The notes: generated by a model not told the origin, from the letters alone. 64,000 nucleotides of DNA from Gemmatimonadales bacterium (GCA_035518815.1 DATIXG010000060.1:64881-128880); one strand, 5' to 3'. Counted from the stretch's first letter, positions 40,762 through 50,428 are shown. Numbers and translations: made by a program.

Positions 40762-41871
40762 ATGGAGCTGAGGGGGTTTCTCTTGGCGTGGCGCACCACG
40801 CCACTCCACGACCGGGAAGTCATTGATGCGCTTGTAGATCCGATCCACGCCGGGCCCTCCCCGGCGCTCCTGGCCGCCTTGGCACGCTGGCCGGGGCGTT
40901 ACTACTGGTCGGACGAGCCGGATGGGCGCCACCTGGTGCTCACGCGGCTCGGCGCACGGCCGCGGCGCGAGCGCTGGTGGCTCCACCTCGCCCTGTTCCT
41001 CGCCACGCTGGTCACCACCACCTTCGCGGGGGCGATCCTCGCGGGCGCGATTCCCTACGACAACCCGCTGGATCTGTTGGTCGGCAGCTATCCGATTCCT
41101 GACGGGGTCGTGCGAGCCTGGGAAACCGGCTTCGCGTTCTCGCTACCGCTCCTCGCCTTCCTCCTGGCGCACGAGTTCGGTCACTACCTGACCGCGCGTT
41201 GGTACCAGCTGGACGTCTCTCCGCCGTATTTCATTCCGGTGCCCCTCTTCCCCACGTTCATCGGCACGATGGGCGCGTTCATTCGGCTGCGCACTGTCCT
41301 CTCCGACCGGCGTCAGCTACTCGACGTTGGTGCGGCTGGACCCCTCGCCGGCTTCGTCGTCGCGCTCCCCGTGCTTTGGATCGGCCTCCTTCGGAGCCAC
41401 GCGCTGCCTGGCCACCCAGGGGCGGGAGGGATGCTGCTTCCAATGGGAGACTGGAACATCAGTATCGGTGACTCCCTGATCACGCTGGTGCTGCGCCACC
41501 TCGTGCATCCGGGCGCTGCCGCCGTCCTGCTGAGCCCCATCGCTTTCGCCGGCTACATGGGCATGTTCATCACGGCGCTCAATCTCGTCCCCATCTCGCA
41601 GCTCGATGGCGGGCACATCCTGTTCGCCGCGTTGCCGCGCTGGCACCAGCGCGTCGCGCTCGCGTTCTGGTTCGTCGCGCTGGCGCTGGGCCTGTTTTGG
41701 GTAGGGTGGCTCGTGTGGGGGGTGCTCGTGCTCGCGTTGTCGCGGGGCCGCCTCGGCCATCCGCCCGTGCTCGACTCCTACCGTCCGTTGCCGCGCTCGC
41801 GGCCCGCGCTGGCCTGGGCATCGGCTGTCCTGTTCGCAATCACGTTCACGCCGGTGCCGTTCAAGGTGTGA
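40762..41871 (+). CDS. site-2 protease family (M50) membrane metalloprotease
   Basis: It has the HEFGHY zinc motif, multiple TM segments and a later LDGGH motif. Confidence 0.85.
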   Translation: MELRGFLLAWRTTPLHDREVIDALVDPIHAGPSPALLAALARWPGRYYWSDEPDGRHLVLTRLGARPRRERWWLHLALFLATLVTTTFAGAILAGAIPYDNPLDLLVGSYPIPDGVVRAWETGFAFSLPLLAFLLAHEFGHYLTARWYQLDVSPPYFIPVPLFPTFIGTMGAFIRLRTVLSDRRQLLDVGAAGPLAGFVVALPVLWIGLLRSHALPGHPGAGGMLLPMGDWNISIGDSLITLVLRHLVHPGAAAVLLSPIAFAGYMGMFITALNLVPISQLDGGHILFAALPRWHQRVALAFWFVALALGLFWVGWLVWGVLVLALSRGRLGHPPVLDSYRPLPRSRPALAWASAVLFAITFTPVPFKV

Positions 41872-41944
41872 GGCAGGTGCTCAGTGCTAGGTGTGAGGAG
41901 CTGGCGGAGTGGGGCCCTAGCACCTGACACCTGGCACCTCGCCC
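41864..41944 (+). terminator. hairpin-forming region built from AGGTGYK repeats and their CACCTGR complements
   Basis: GTGCTAGG (41884-91) pairs perfectly with CCTAGCAC (41916-23), and other registers are possible. It starts at the stop codon of the M50 protease gene. Confidence 0.5.
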
Positions 41945-42007
41945 TTCTGAAGTATTGCGTAAGTTGCGGAGTTTTATATCTTTGCCCAAACCAGCCCACG
42001 GCACGGC

Positions 42008-42292
42008 ATGCCAGCGCAACCGGCGCGATATTCAGCCTCCGAAGTCACCGAAGCGGTCGTTCACGACCTTCCCCCCATCCGATTCGACGGGCAACTCATC
42101 CCCATTCGCCTCTTGGTGCGCCGGACTGAAGACGCTGTCTGGCGCGGCAAAGTGCTGTTCGGGGCCGCCGACACCGAGGCGGAGCGGTCGACGGCGGAGA
42201 TCTTCTGCGCCACTTCCGAGCAGGATCTGTGGCAGTCGGTGCGTGACCTGCGAGATCACCACCTGCGTGATCTGTACCGCTCGCTGCTTTGA
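42008..42292 (+). CDS. hypothetical small protein (94 aa)
   Basis: The ORF has sensible composition and GC-rich third positions. Its TGA overlaps the next gene's ATG by 1 nt (TGATG). Confidence 0.5.
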   Translation: MPAQPARYSASEVTEAVVHDLPPIRFDGQLIPIRLLVRRTEDAVWRGKVLFGAADTEAERSTAEIFCATSEQDLWQSVRDLRDHHLRDLYRSLL

Positions 42293-42516
42293 TGGCCGGG
42301 CCGCCCGGCGCTGAGCAGTCCGAGGGGGCGCCCGGGGCGGGGGTGTTGCGCAAGCTGCGCCATGACCTGTCCAATCCTCTTGCCGCCGTGCTTGCCGAGA
42401 CGCAGCTCCTGCTGTTGAACCCCGAGCGGCTCAGTCCCGACGTCACCTCGAGTCTCCAGCAGATCGAGGCGCTCGCCCGCCGGATGCGGCAGATCCTCGA
42501 AGACCTGGATCCGTGA
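42292..42516 (+). CDS. free-standing HisKA (DHp) domain protein (74 aa)
   Basis: LRKLRHDLSNPLAAVLAETQLLL is an H-box followed by a second helix. No ATPase domain follows. Confidence 0.55.
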   Translation: MAGPPGAEQSEGAPGAGVLRKLRHDLSNPLAAVLAETQLLLLNPERLSPDVTSSLQQIEALARRMRQILEDLDP

Positions 42517-42553
42517 GACGCCGCCACCTGCCGCGCTTTTGTCCCCCATCCCG

Positions 42554-44239
42554 ATGGTGGCGTCCCTACCACCACCAGGCGGTCATGCACAGCCGGCGCT
42601 TCCGCTGGCCCCCGCGAAGGCGGCCCCTGTGGCTCGTGCGCTGATCGCCCGCTTGCTGGTGGTCCTCCTCCTCGGTAGCTGCGTTTTTCCCACCGAGAAG
42701 GACGAATCGGTCCACGTGAGCCTCACGCCCGTCAGAATCCTGTTCCGGGGCAGTGATACCATCGCGACGGCGCAGGCATGGCAAATGACGAGCGCGTCGG
42801 ACTCCCAGCCGATCGCGAACGCCGTATTCGTATGGTCGAGCAGCAATCCAGACGTTGCCACGGTGGACGGGGCGGGTCGCGTGGTCGGCATCAACTCGGG
42901 CACCGCCATCGTGACGGCTGCTGTTGCCAACTTCGACAAGGCGGCGAAACTCGGAGCCGATACGATCCGTGTCGCGAGTCCTCTCGAGATCGACAGCGTA
43001 CTCCCCAAGACAGTGCACTACGGTGAGATGCTCACGATCTACGGCGTGAGCGTGGATTCGATCTTCTCGGCGAGCCTGAAAGGCGCGAACCTCATTCGCG
43101 TGCCGCTTGGCGAGACGACGTATGCGAATGGCACGGTGCGCTCGCGTTGGTGGGTGCCGCCCCCGGCGCATACCGATTCCTTGTTCTTCCTCGGGATCAC
43201 GGGGGGCAACGGCGTGCTCGGATACGTCCACGGCGACACCACTACCGTGGTCGAGCAGGACCTGTACGAGCCCAACGACATCGTCCCACAGCTGCTGAAC
43301 CTTGACGGTCCGCCGCCGTTCCCCCCGCTGCCCACCATCATCTTCGCGAATCCGGCCCTCGCGTTCGAGCCGGTGGTGCGTCCGGCCGTCGCGGGCGTGG
43401 ACTGGTACCGGCTGGAACAGAGCGGACCGCGCGATCTCACGGTCATTCTGACGGCGCCTCAGGTCGTCGGGACCTTCCGGACCTTCCTTGCGGACTCGGT
43501 GGTCTGGGACACCACGAAGAAGAACTTCGTCCTCGGGCCGAACGCCTGGACCTTTGGTCCGGGGTCGCACGCGTGCCACGGGGCTGCCTTCAACGTAAGC
43601 GAGGCCATCGGCGACTCGACGATCATGGCGTTCAAAGCGTTGCCCGCCGGGACGTTCGAGGCAGTGGCGGTCTTTACGGTGCCCGGACGCTATGGACTCA
43701 CCCTGATCGCTGGGTATCAGAGTGAGATTCCCCCCGACGCGCACGAAGACGACAACTCTTGCAACGCCGCGGACGCGCTAGGCCCGCGGCCCGACCCGTT
43801 CCGCGACTCGCTGCTGGCGATCGAGAACCCGCACGCCGTGGATTGGACGCTCTTTAACTCCGTCGGCGGCGCACACCAGATCCGCTTGCACGCGTTCTCG
43901 AGCGGTAACGCGCAGATCGATGCCAAGAAGGACCTCGATTTGTACGTCATCAAGGTGCCAACGCCGGGAGACACGACTGTACAGGTGGTGTTCGCTGATA
44001 CGGCCCCCAGCCCGGACGTGTCGAAGAACAACCTCACCCTCCCGGTGGGCGCCTACTACGCGGTAGTGGTGGACTACGCGGGAGTCAGCACGCGGTACGG
44101 ACTCTGCATGGGGCCCAATGGGGGATCGGGCAAGTGTGCGACGGCCTTCCCTGCCTCGCCCCCGATCGCCACGACCCGGCGCAAGTCCGCCGTGCGGGCG
44201 CTCGCACCCCGGTTCGTCCCTGCGCCGAGTGGACCATGA
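42554..44239 (+). CDS. lipoprotein with a Big_2-like Ig domain and two PPC (pre-peptidase C-terminal)-like domains
   Basis: It has the lipobox LLLGSC and a Big_2-like segment (..VWSSSNPDVATVDGAGRVVGINSGTAIVTA). EPND..DWYRL and EDDNSCN..VDWTLF..DLDLYV match the PPC pattern. The start may instead be GTG 42629. Confidence 0.7.
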   Translation: MVASLPPPGGHAQPALPLAPAKAAPVARALIARLLVVLLLGSCVFPTEKDESVHVSLTPVRILFRGSDTIATAQAWQMTSASDSQPIANAVFVWSSSNPDVATVDGAGRVVGINSGTAIVTAAVANFDKAAKLGADTIRVASPLEIDSVLPKTVHYGEMLTIYGVSVDSIFSASLKGANLIRVPLGETTYANGTVRSRWWVPPPAHTDSLFFLGITGGNGVLGYVHGDTTTVVEQDLYEPNDIVPQLLNLDGPPPFPPLPTIIFANPALAFEPVVRPAVAGVDWYRLEQSGPRDLTVILTAPQVVGTFRTFLADSVVWDTTKKNFVLGPNAWTFGPGSHACHGAAFNVSEAIGDSTIMAFKALPAGTFEAVAVFTVPGRYGLTLIAGYQSEIPPDAHEDDNSCNAADALGPRPDPFRDSLLAIENPHAVDWTLFNSVGGAHQIRLHAFSSGNAQIDAKKDLDLYVIKVPTPGDTTVQVVFADTAPSPDVSKNNLTLPVGAYYAVVVDYAGVSTRYGLCMGPNGGSGKCATAFPASPPIATTRRKSAVRALAPRFVPAPSGP

Positions 44240-45792
44240 CGGCCAACGGCACCGTGGAGTGCGTCCATTGCCACACGCCCCTCCCCACGGGTGGCCGCTA
44301 TTGCTCGGCGTGCGGCGCCGATCAAACCGGTGCCGGCGGCCCCCCCAGCACGACCAGCACGCCCGCCCTCGAACAGCGCCTGCAACGCCTGGTGGCAAGC
44401 AAGTACAAGATCGAGCGCTTGCTCGGGAAGGGCGGGATGGGCGCGGTGTTCCTGGCGCACGATCTGACGCTCGAGCGCGAGGTCGCCATCAAGGTGCTCC
44501 CACCCGACGTGGCCCAGGACGACCAGGTCGTGCGGCGTTTTCATCAGGAGGCGAAGACCGCCGCGAGACTCGACCATCCCAACATCATTCCGATTTACCG
44601 CGTCGAGAGCGAGGGCGGGCTCAACTACTTCGTGATGAAGTACGTCGCCGGCACATCGCTCGAGGACGTCCTGGCACGCCCGGAGCCGCTCGCGCCGGAC
44701 TACATCCAGCGCGTCCTGTGGGAGGCGGCGTGCGCCCTGGGGCATGCGCACCAGCGCGGCGTGGTGCACCGCGACGTCAAGCCGGCGAACATCATGTTCG
44801 ATCATGAGGGGCGCGTGATGCTGACCGACTTCGGTATCTCCAAGGCCTTGCAGGCGGCGACGGGGTTCACGGCGACGGGGATGCTCATCGGTACGCCGCA
44901 CTACATGGCCCCGGAGCAGGCCAAGGGGACCCCGGTCGACGGACGGGCCGACCAGTACTCCCTCGGCGTCGTCGGCTACCGCATGATCACGGGCGACGTC
45001 CCGTTCTACGGCGATTCGGTTCACACGATTCTCTACAAGCACATCTTCGAGCCCGTCCCTACGCCCAAGGAGCTCCCGGCCAATCTCCCGCGCTACGTCT
45101 GGGCAGCGATCGCCCGCGCGATGGCCAAGGAGCCCGGGCAGCGCTTCCCGACGATGGAGGAATTCGCCACCGCGGTTTGGCCGGAGCACCCGGTTGCGGC
45201 GGGGCCGCCCCGCCGGCCTTCGCAGGCGATCAGTGCGCCGGGTGTCGGGTCAGACACCCCCACCGAGATCAGCGGCGCGATAACCGACGCGCGCACCACC
45301 CCGATGCGCACTCCAGCCGGGGCGGCTGCGCCTGCTCCCGTCCCGCAGCAGTCTCGAAGGCGGTTGTTGGCCGCGATCGTTGTTGTCGCAGTGGCGGGGG
45401 TGGCTGGATATCTCGCCCTTGGTCGGGGTACGGGTCGCAACGAACCCGCCGCGCCGGCGGTGGAGACCGTTCAGGTCCCGAACACGGTGAGAGTCAACGC
45501 GCCGCTGGCGCCCGCGCGCCGATCGCCGTCCCGCAGCGCTGCGGCGCCGACGGCCCCGCCCCCCCCGGCCGCGCAGGCCCAAGGATATCTCACGGTCAAC
45601 GCCGACCCGTACGGCGAGTTGTTCGTCGACGGCGTCGACGTCGGGCCGACGCCCGTCGTGCGGTATGCCGTCCCGCCCGGCGTGCATACGGTCAAGGTGG
45701 TCCGTGAGGGCTACCGCACGGTGACGGAGCGCGTGCACGTGGACGCGGGCAATACGGTACCGAAGCGCTACACGCTCATACCCGAGGGATGA
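44236..45792 (+). CDS. Ser/Thr protein kinase with an N-terminal zinc ribbon and a C-terminal PEGA domain
   Basis: It has CVHC..CSAC, GKGGMGAVF, AIK, HRDVKPANI, DFG, one TM segment (LLAAIVVVAVAGVAGYLAL) and a PEGA-like end (GYLTVNADPYGELFVDGVDVGPTP..PGVHTVKV). Confidence 0.9.
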   Translation: MTANGTVECVHCHTPLPTGGRYCSACGADQTGAGGPPSTTSTPALEQRLQRLVASKYKIERLLGKGGMGAVFLAHDLTLEREVAIKVLPPDVAQDDQVVRRFHQEAKTAARLDHPNIIPIYRVESEGGLNYFVMKYVAGTSLEDVLARPEPLAPDYIQRVLWEAACALGHAHQRGVVHRDVKPANIMFDHEGRVMLTDFGISKALQAATGFTATGMLIGTPHYMAPEQAKGTPVDGRADQYSLGVVGYRMITGDVPFYGDSVHTILYKHIFEPVPTPKELPANLPRYVWAAIARAMAKEPGQRFPTMEEFATAVWPEHPVAAGPPRRPSQAISAPGVGSDTPTEISGAITDARTTPMRTPAGAAAPAPVPQQSRRRLLAAIVVVAVAGVAGYLALGRGTGRNEPAAPAVETVQVPNTVRVNAPLAPARRSPSRSAAAPTAPPPPAAQAQGYLTVNADPYGELFVDGVDVGPTPVVRYAVPPGVHTVKVVREGYRTVTERVHVDAGNTVPKRYTLIPEG

Positions 45793-46841
45793 CCGCGATG
45801 CGCCGATGCTCGTTGCTGCTCGTGCTGGCTCTGTGCGATCCCTTGGCGGTCTGGGCGCAGGCAGCGCACCAGCCCAAGAGCGCCACGCTCCGTCAGGCGC
45901 TCCAGGCGTACGACAACCTCGACTTCACGCGTGCCGTCGCGCTCGCGCGCCGGGCGCTGACCGAGCGTCTCTCCGGGCCAGATCAGGCGCAGACCTACGA
46001 GCTTCTGGGGTTTGCTTTCGCTGCCGTCGACTCACAGGCCAAAGCCGTAGACGCCTTCAAGCAGGCCATCCTGCTCGACCCCGATCGGCAGTTGGACCAG
46101 AGCAAGGTGTCCCCCAAGATCACGAGCCTGTTCTACTCGGCCATGGGACAGGTGTTGGTCGTGCGCCAGCTGCGCGTCGACAGCGCGCGGTTCATCCCGG
46201 GTCAGGGATCGGTGCCGCTGCGGTTCACGATTACGAGCCCGGCCCGCGTGCGGGTGCGGGCCGTGAGCGGCGCGACCACCCTGCTCGTCGATTCGATGGT
46301 CACGACGGGGTTGGTGAACACGCGCTGGACGGCGCGGTTGCCCGGGGGCGATCCCGTGGCGACGGGCGCCTGGCTGATTGTCGTCGAGGCCACCGCGGGG
46401 CAGAACGCCTACTCGGCATCGCAAGCGCTCCGCGTGGCCTATAACCTGGTGGACACGCTTCCGCACCTCACGAGCCTCCCCGGCTACCAGGAGCTTCCCG
46501 AGACGGAGGTGCCGCCCCAGAGCTGGCGCCCCTTGGGACTCGCGTTTCTCTTCACGACCGCGACGGCGGTTGGTGTAGTGGCGCTCCACAGCGGAGACCT
46601 GGGCTCGGCACCAGGGACCGAGCTGGCGACCGTCGGGGCCGTGACGATCGGGACCGGTCTCGTCATGACCCTGCGCAAGCCCGCGCCGCGTCCTGCGACC
46701 GGGAACATTCTCTACAACAAGTTGCTGCGAGAGCAGCTCGCTCAGCGGAACGCGGACATCACCAAGGAAAACGTCAAGCGGCGCCAGCAGGTCGTGCTGA
46801 GCGTCGTGCCACTCCCGCCACCCGCTGGCGCGCCGCGGTGA
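45789..46841 (+). CDS. hypothetical exported/membrane protein (TPR-like N-terminal domain, beta-rich middle, two C-terminal TM segments)
   Basis: It has the signal peptide MTAMRRCSLLLVLALC... It is coupled by ATGA to the kinase gene and by GTGA to the next gene. Confidence 0.6.
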   Translation: MTAMRRCSLLLVLALCDPLAVWAQAAHQPKSATLRQALQAYDNLDFTRAVALARRALTERLSGPDQAQTYELLGFAFAAVDSQAKAVDAFKQAILLDPDRQLDQSKVSPKITSLFYSAMGQVLVVRQLRVDSARFIPGQGSVPLRFTITSPARVRVRAVSGATTLLVDSMVTTGLVNTRWTARLPGGDPVATGAWLIVVEATAGQNAYSASQALRVAYNLVDTLPHLTSLPGYQELPETEVPPQSWRPLGLAFLFTTATAVGVVALHSGDLGSAPGTELATVGAVTIGTGLVMTLRKPAPRPATGNILYNKLLREQLAQRNADITKENVKRRQQVVLSVVPLPPPAGAPR

Positions 46842-47482
46842 CCCGGAGCGGCTTCATCACCCTGCTCGGGGCGCTCACCGCCGCACCCGCAGCCGCGCAA
46901 CACCTGGTCATCACACCACAGGCTGCGCTGGTGGACTACGGGGAAGTGTCGTCCGCGCTGCGATTCTCAGGGGTGGGGCCGGCGGTGCAGGCGTCGTTCA
47001 CATTCGGTCGCTTCGCCGCCGAAGGCTCCTTTGTCTCGGTGCAAATGGATCCGACCGACCAGACCTCGGCCGCCGAAGGGTTCCAGGCGACCGAGATCGT
47101 TGGCCACATCCGGTACGAAGTGACCGGGTACCTCGGCCTCGAGGTCGGACTCACCAGCCGCACCACGGACTCCGAGTTCGCCGCGCAGTCGATCGGGGCC
47201 GCGAGCGTGGGGGTACGCACCCACTACCTGTTGGGTCCCGGCGCCCGGGTATGGGCTCGCGGCGGCTATCTCGCCGCGGCGCAGTTCTCAGGTGGTGGCA
47301 GCGCGCCGCTCTCCTTCGAAGTCGGACTCGGCGTCGACGTCACGTTGGTGCGACACGTCCACCTCACCGCCGACTACGGGTTCGAAAAGTTCGGTCGCAA
47401 GACGGAGCCCGGTGGCGGCGCCGAAGTAACTGCGCCGATCGAACAGTCGCAGGCGCGCCTCGGGGTGGCGGCGGTGTTCTAG
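46838..47482 (+). CDS. outer membrane beta-barrel protein
   Basis: It has the signal peptide ..LLGALTAAPAAAQ, an alternating beta-strand pattern and a C-terminal ..RLGVAAVF. Confidence 0.65.
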   Translation: MTRSGFITLLGALTAAPAAAQHLVITPQAALVDYGEVSSALRFSGVGPAVQASFTFGRFAAEGSFVSVQMDPTDQTSAAEGFQATEIVGHIRYEVTGYLGLEVGLTSRTTDSEFAAQSIGAASVGVRTHYLLGPGARVWARGGYLAAAQFSGGGSAPLSFEVGLGVDVTLVRHVHLTADYGFEKFGRKTEPGGGAEVTAPIEQSQARLGVAAVF

Positions 47483-47504
47483 CCCACCTAGACTACTCGA
47501 TACC

Positions 47505-48899
47505 ATGGCAAAAGAGCGGTCGATGAAGACCGGCCCGCACGCGGGCCGTCTGCCGCAGGAGGGATCTCCAAAGAACCGGGACTACCCTCGTATCGTCGTG
47601 GCCCCCCCCGGTCCCAGGGCCCGAGCCATCGTAGCCCGGCAGGATCGCTGGGCGTCCACGTCGTATCAGAAGGAATACCCGCTCGCCATCGCGCGTGGCG
47701 AGGGGGTCATGGTCGAAGATGTGGACGGCAACCGCTACCTCGATTTCATGGCGGGGATTGCGGTGAGTGCCACGGGCTATGCGCATCCGCGCGTCACCGC
47801 GGCGGTGCAAGAGGCTGCCGCCCGTTTCCTCCACTTCTGCGGCAGCGATTTCTATTACGAGGGGTTCGCCGCGCTGTGCGAGCGGCTGGCGAAGCTCGCC
47901 CCGGGCTCGAGTCCCAAGCGGGTGCTCTTGGCGAACTCGGGAACGGAAACGGTCGAAGCCGCGATGAAGCTGGCGCGGCACTCCACCGGCCGCACCGCGT
48001 TCGTGGCGTTCACCGGGGCGTTTCACGGGCGCACCTACGGCGGGCTGAGCCTCACGGCCAGCAAGGCGGTGCAGCGGGCCGGGTTCGCGCCCTTCGTTCC
48101 CGAGGTCTACCACGTCCCCTACGCGTACCGCTATCGGTGCGAGCTGTGCCGTGGCGAGGAGGCGTGCAGCAAGCGGTGCGTGTCGACGATCGAAGACGAG
48201 TTGTTCGCCCGGCGGCTCGATCCGCGCACCGTGGCGGCGCTCTTCGTTGAGCCGATCCAGGGCGAAGGGGGCTATATCGTTCCTCCCGCCGGATTTCTGC
48301 CCGCCTTGCGCGCGCTGTGCGACCGGCACGGCATCCTGCTCGTGTGCGACGAAGTCCAGAGCGGGGTCGGACGCACGGGGACGATGTTCGCGTGCGAGCA
48401 GGAGGGCATCGAGCCCGACGTCCTGCTCGTGGCCAAGGGGCTTGCAAGCGGTCTACCGATCGGCGCGATGGTGGCCAAAGAGTCGGTCATGAAGTGGGGG
48501 CCCGGCGCGCACGCGAGCACGTTCGGGGGCAACCCCGTGTGCTGTGCCGCGGCGCTGGCTACCCTCGACGTGGTCGAGGGTGAGCTTCTCCCGAATGTCC
48601 GTCGCACGGGCGAGCGGCTCTTGGCGGGCCTCGCGGCGCTTGAAGCCCGCCACCTGTCGATCGGCGAGGTGCGGGGGCGGGGACTCATGGTTGGTGTCGA
48701 GTTCGTCAAGGACCGCGCCACGCGCGAGCCGGCACCCGACATTCCTCGGCAGGTGGTGCAGCGAGCCTTCCGGCGCGGGTTGCTGCTGCTCGGCGCCGGC
48801 CGCAGCACGTTGCGCTTGGCACCGCCCCTGGTCATCGACGAGTACGACGTCGATGTGGCGCTCAGGATCATCGACGAATGCCTGGCGGAGACGAGCTAG
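47505..48899 (+). CDS. class III aminotransferase (4-aminobutyrate / acetylornithine aminotransferase-like)
   Basis: ..NSGTETVEAAMKLAR..FHGRT..DEVQSGVGRTG..STFGGNP is the class III PLP pattern. Confidence 0.9.
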   Translation: MAKERSMKTGPHAGRLPQEGSPKNRDYPRIVVAPPGPRARAIVARQDRWASTSYQKEYPLAIARGEGVMVEDVDGNRYLDFMAGIAVSATGYAHPRVTAAVQEAAARFLHFCGSDFYYEGFAALCERLAKLAPGSSPKRVLLANSGTETVEAAMKLARHSTGRTAFVAFTGAFHGRTYGGLSLTASKAVQRAGFAPFVPEVYHVPYAYRYRCELCRGEEACSKRCVSTIEDELFARRLDPRTVAALFVEPIQGEGGYIVPPAGFLPALRALCDRHGILLVCDEVQSGVGRTGTMFACEQEGIEPDVLLVAKGLASGLPIGAMVAKESVMKWGPGAHASTFGGNPVCCAAALATLDVVEGELLPNVRRTGERLLAGLAALEARHLSIGEVRGRGLMVGVEFVKDRATREPAPDIPRQVVQRAFRRGLLLLGAGRSTLRLAPPLVIDEYDVDVALRIIDECLAETS

Positions 48900-49031
48900 T
48901 GCTGCGCCGACGCCACAGCGTGCCCCGATATTGGGCCCTCCCGGTCCCCAAGGCCCCCGTAGTATTCTGAGACAGTAGCAGTCGTCTCAGCCTCAGCGTT
49001 CACGAACGGACGAGCCGCCAGTCTCCGCGAG

Positions 49032-50417
49032 ATGCGGGCGGAGGTCTGTATTACGGGACCGCGGTTGTTTCGGTATTTCGCAGTCTCGGCCATTTTGGCC
49101 GCTGCGTATTTCGTCGCGGGCAAGTTAGGGTTGCGCCTCGCCTTTGTGCATGCGAGCGCCACCGGCGTATGGCCCCCGACGGGCATCGCTGTGGCGGCCT
49201 TGCTCATCTACGGCTATCGCATGTGGCCCGCCATCCTCACGGCCGCCTTTCTCGTGAATGTGACGACCGCGGGTTCCGCGGGGACCTCGCTCGGTATCGG
49301 CGTCGGTAACACACTCGAGGCTCTGGCGGCGGCGTTCCTCGTGAACCGATATGCGGGGGGCATCGGGGCGTTTGCGGACTCGCGCAACACCTTCAAGTTC
49401 ATCCTCGCTGCGATGGTCAGCACCGCCGTTAGTCCAACCATCGGGGTTTCGAGCCTCGCCCTCGGCGGGTATGCTCACTGGGCCACCTTCGGCTCCATCT
49501 GGCTCACCTGGTGGATGGGTGATACCGTGGGGGCCCTCGTCGTGGCGCCAGCGTTGATCCTGTGGGGTGTCAACCCCCGGATTCGCTGGAGCCGCACTCG
49601 CATCGCCGAAGTGGTTGCGCTGTTCTGCTGTCTCATCCTCCTGAGCCGCAGTGTCTTCGACGGACTGCTGCCGTTCGGGGTCCACAACTATCCGCTCGAA
49701 TTCCTCTGCTTCCCGATCCTCTTGTGGGCGGCGTTCCGGTTCAGCCAGCGAGAGGTCGCGACCGCGCTCGTTGTGTTATCGGCGATCGCCATTGCGGGCA
49801 CGCTCAGGGGAGATGGCCCGTTCGCGCGTCACGCGCCCAACGAGGCCCTGGTGCTGCTGCAGGCGTTTACCGGCGTGACGGCCGTGATGTCGCTCGCCGT
49901 GGGGGCGGTGGTGTCGGAGCGCAAGCGGGTCGAGGATCGGATGCGGCGGCTGGCGGTAAGCGACCCTCTCACCGGTCTGGCCAACTACCGGCAGTTGGTC
50001 GAGGTGCTGGACGTGGAGATCAAGCGCGCCGAGCGCACCGGGCGGCCGTTCGCGGTCGTGTTCCTCGACCTCGACCGATTGAAGAAGATCAACGATCGCC
50101 ACGGCCACATCGTGGGGAGCCGAGCCCTGTGCCGGGTGGCCGATGCGATCCGCGCATCGTCCCGTCTCATCGACACGGCGGCGCGGTTCGGCGGCGACGA
50201 GTTCGCGCTCGTGCTTCCGGAAACGGACGAGCACGGGGCCCGGGAGGTGGCAACACGGCTGCAGGAGCGGGTGGCGGCGGATAAGGAAGTGCCCAGGCTC
50301 TCGGTGAGTCTGGGGGTGGCCGTCTACCCTAAGGAAGGCGATACCGCCGACGGCTTGCTGGCTTCCGCCGACCAGGCGTTGTACGCGGCGAGAGAATACT
50401 CAGGGAGCGGTCGCTGA
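49032..50417 (+). CDS. diguanylate cyclase with an N-terminal MASE1-like membrane domain
   Basis: The N-terminal half is multi-pass. The C-terminus has DPLTGLANYR..RFGGDEFALVLPE (GGDEF). Confidence 0.85.
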   Translation: MRAEVCITGPRLFRYFAVSAILAAAYFVAGKLGLRLAFVHASATGVWPPTGIAVAALLIYGYRMWPAILTAAFLVNVTTAGSAGTSLGIGVGNTLEALAAAFLVNRYAGGIGAFADSRNTFKFILAAMVSTAVSPTIGVSSLALGGYAHWATFGSIWLTWWMGDTVGALVVAPALILWGVNPRIRWSRTRIAEVVALFCCLILLSRSVFDGLLPFGVHNYPLEFLCFPILLWAAFRFSQREVATALVVLSAIAIAGTLRGDGPFARHAPNEALVLLQAFTGVTAVMSLAVGAVVSERKRVEDRMRRLAVSDPLTGLANYRQLVEVLDVEIKRAERTGRPFAVVFLDLDRLKKINDRHGHIVGSRALCRVADAIRASSRLIDTAARFGGDEFALVLPETDEHGAREVATRLQERVAADKEVPRLSVSLGVAVYPKEGDTADGLLASADQALYAAREYSGSGR

Positions 50418-50428
50418 GTTGCGGGTGA

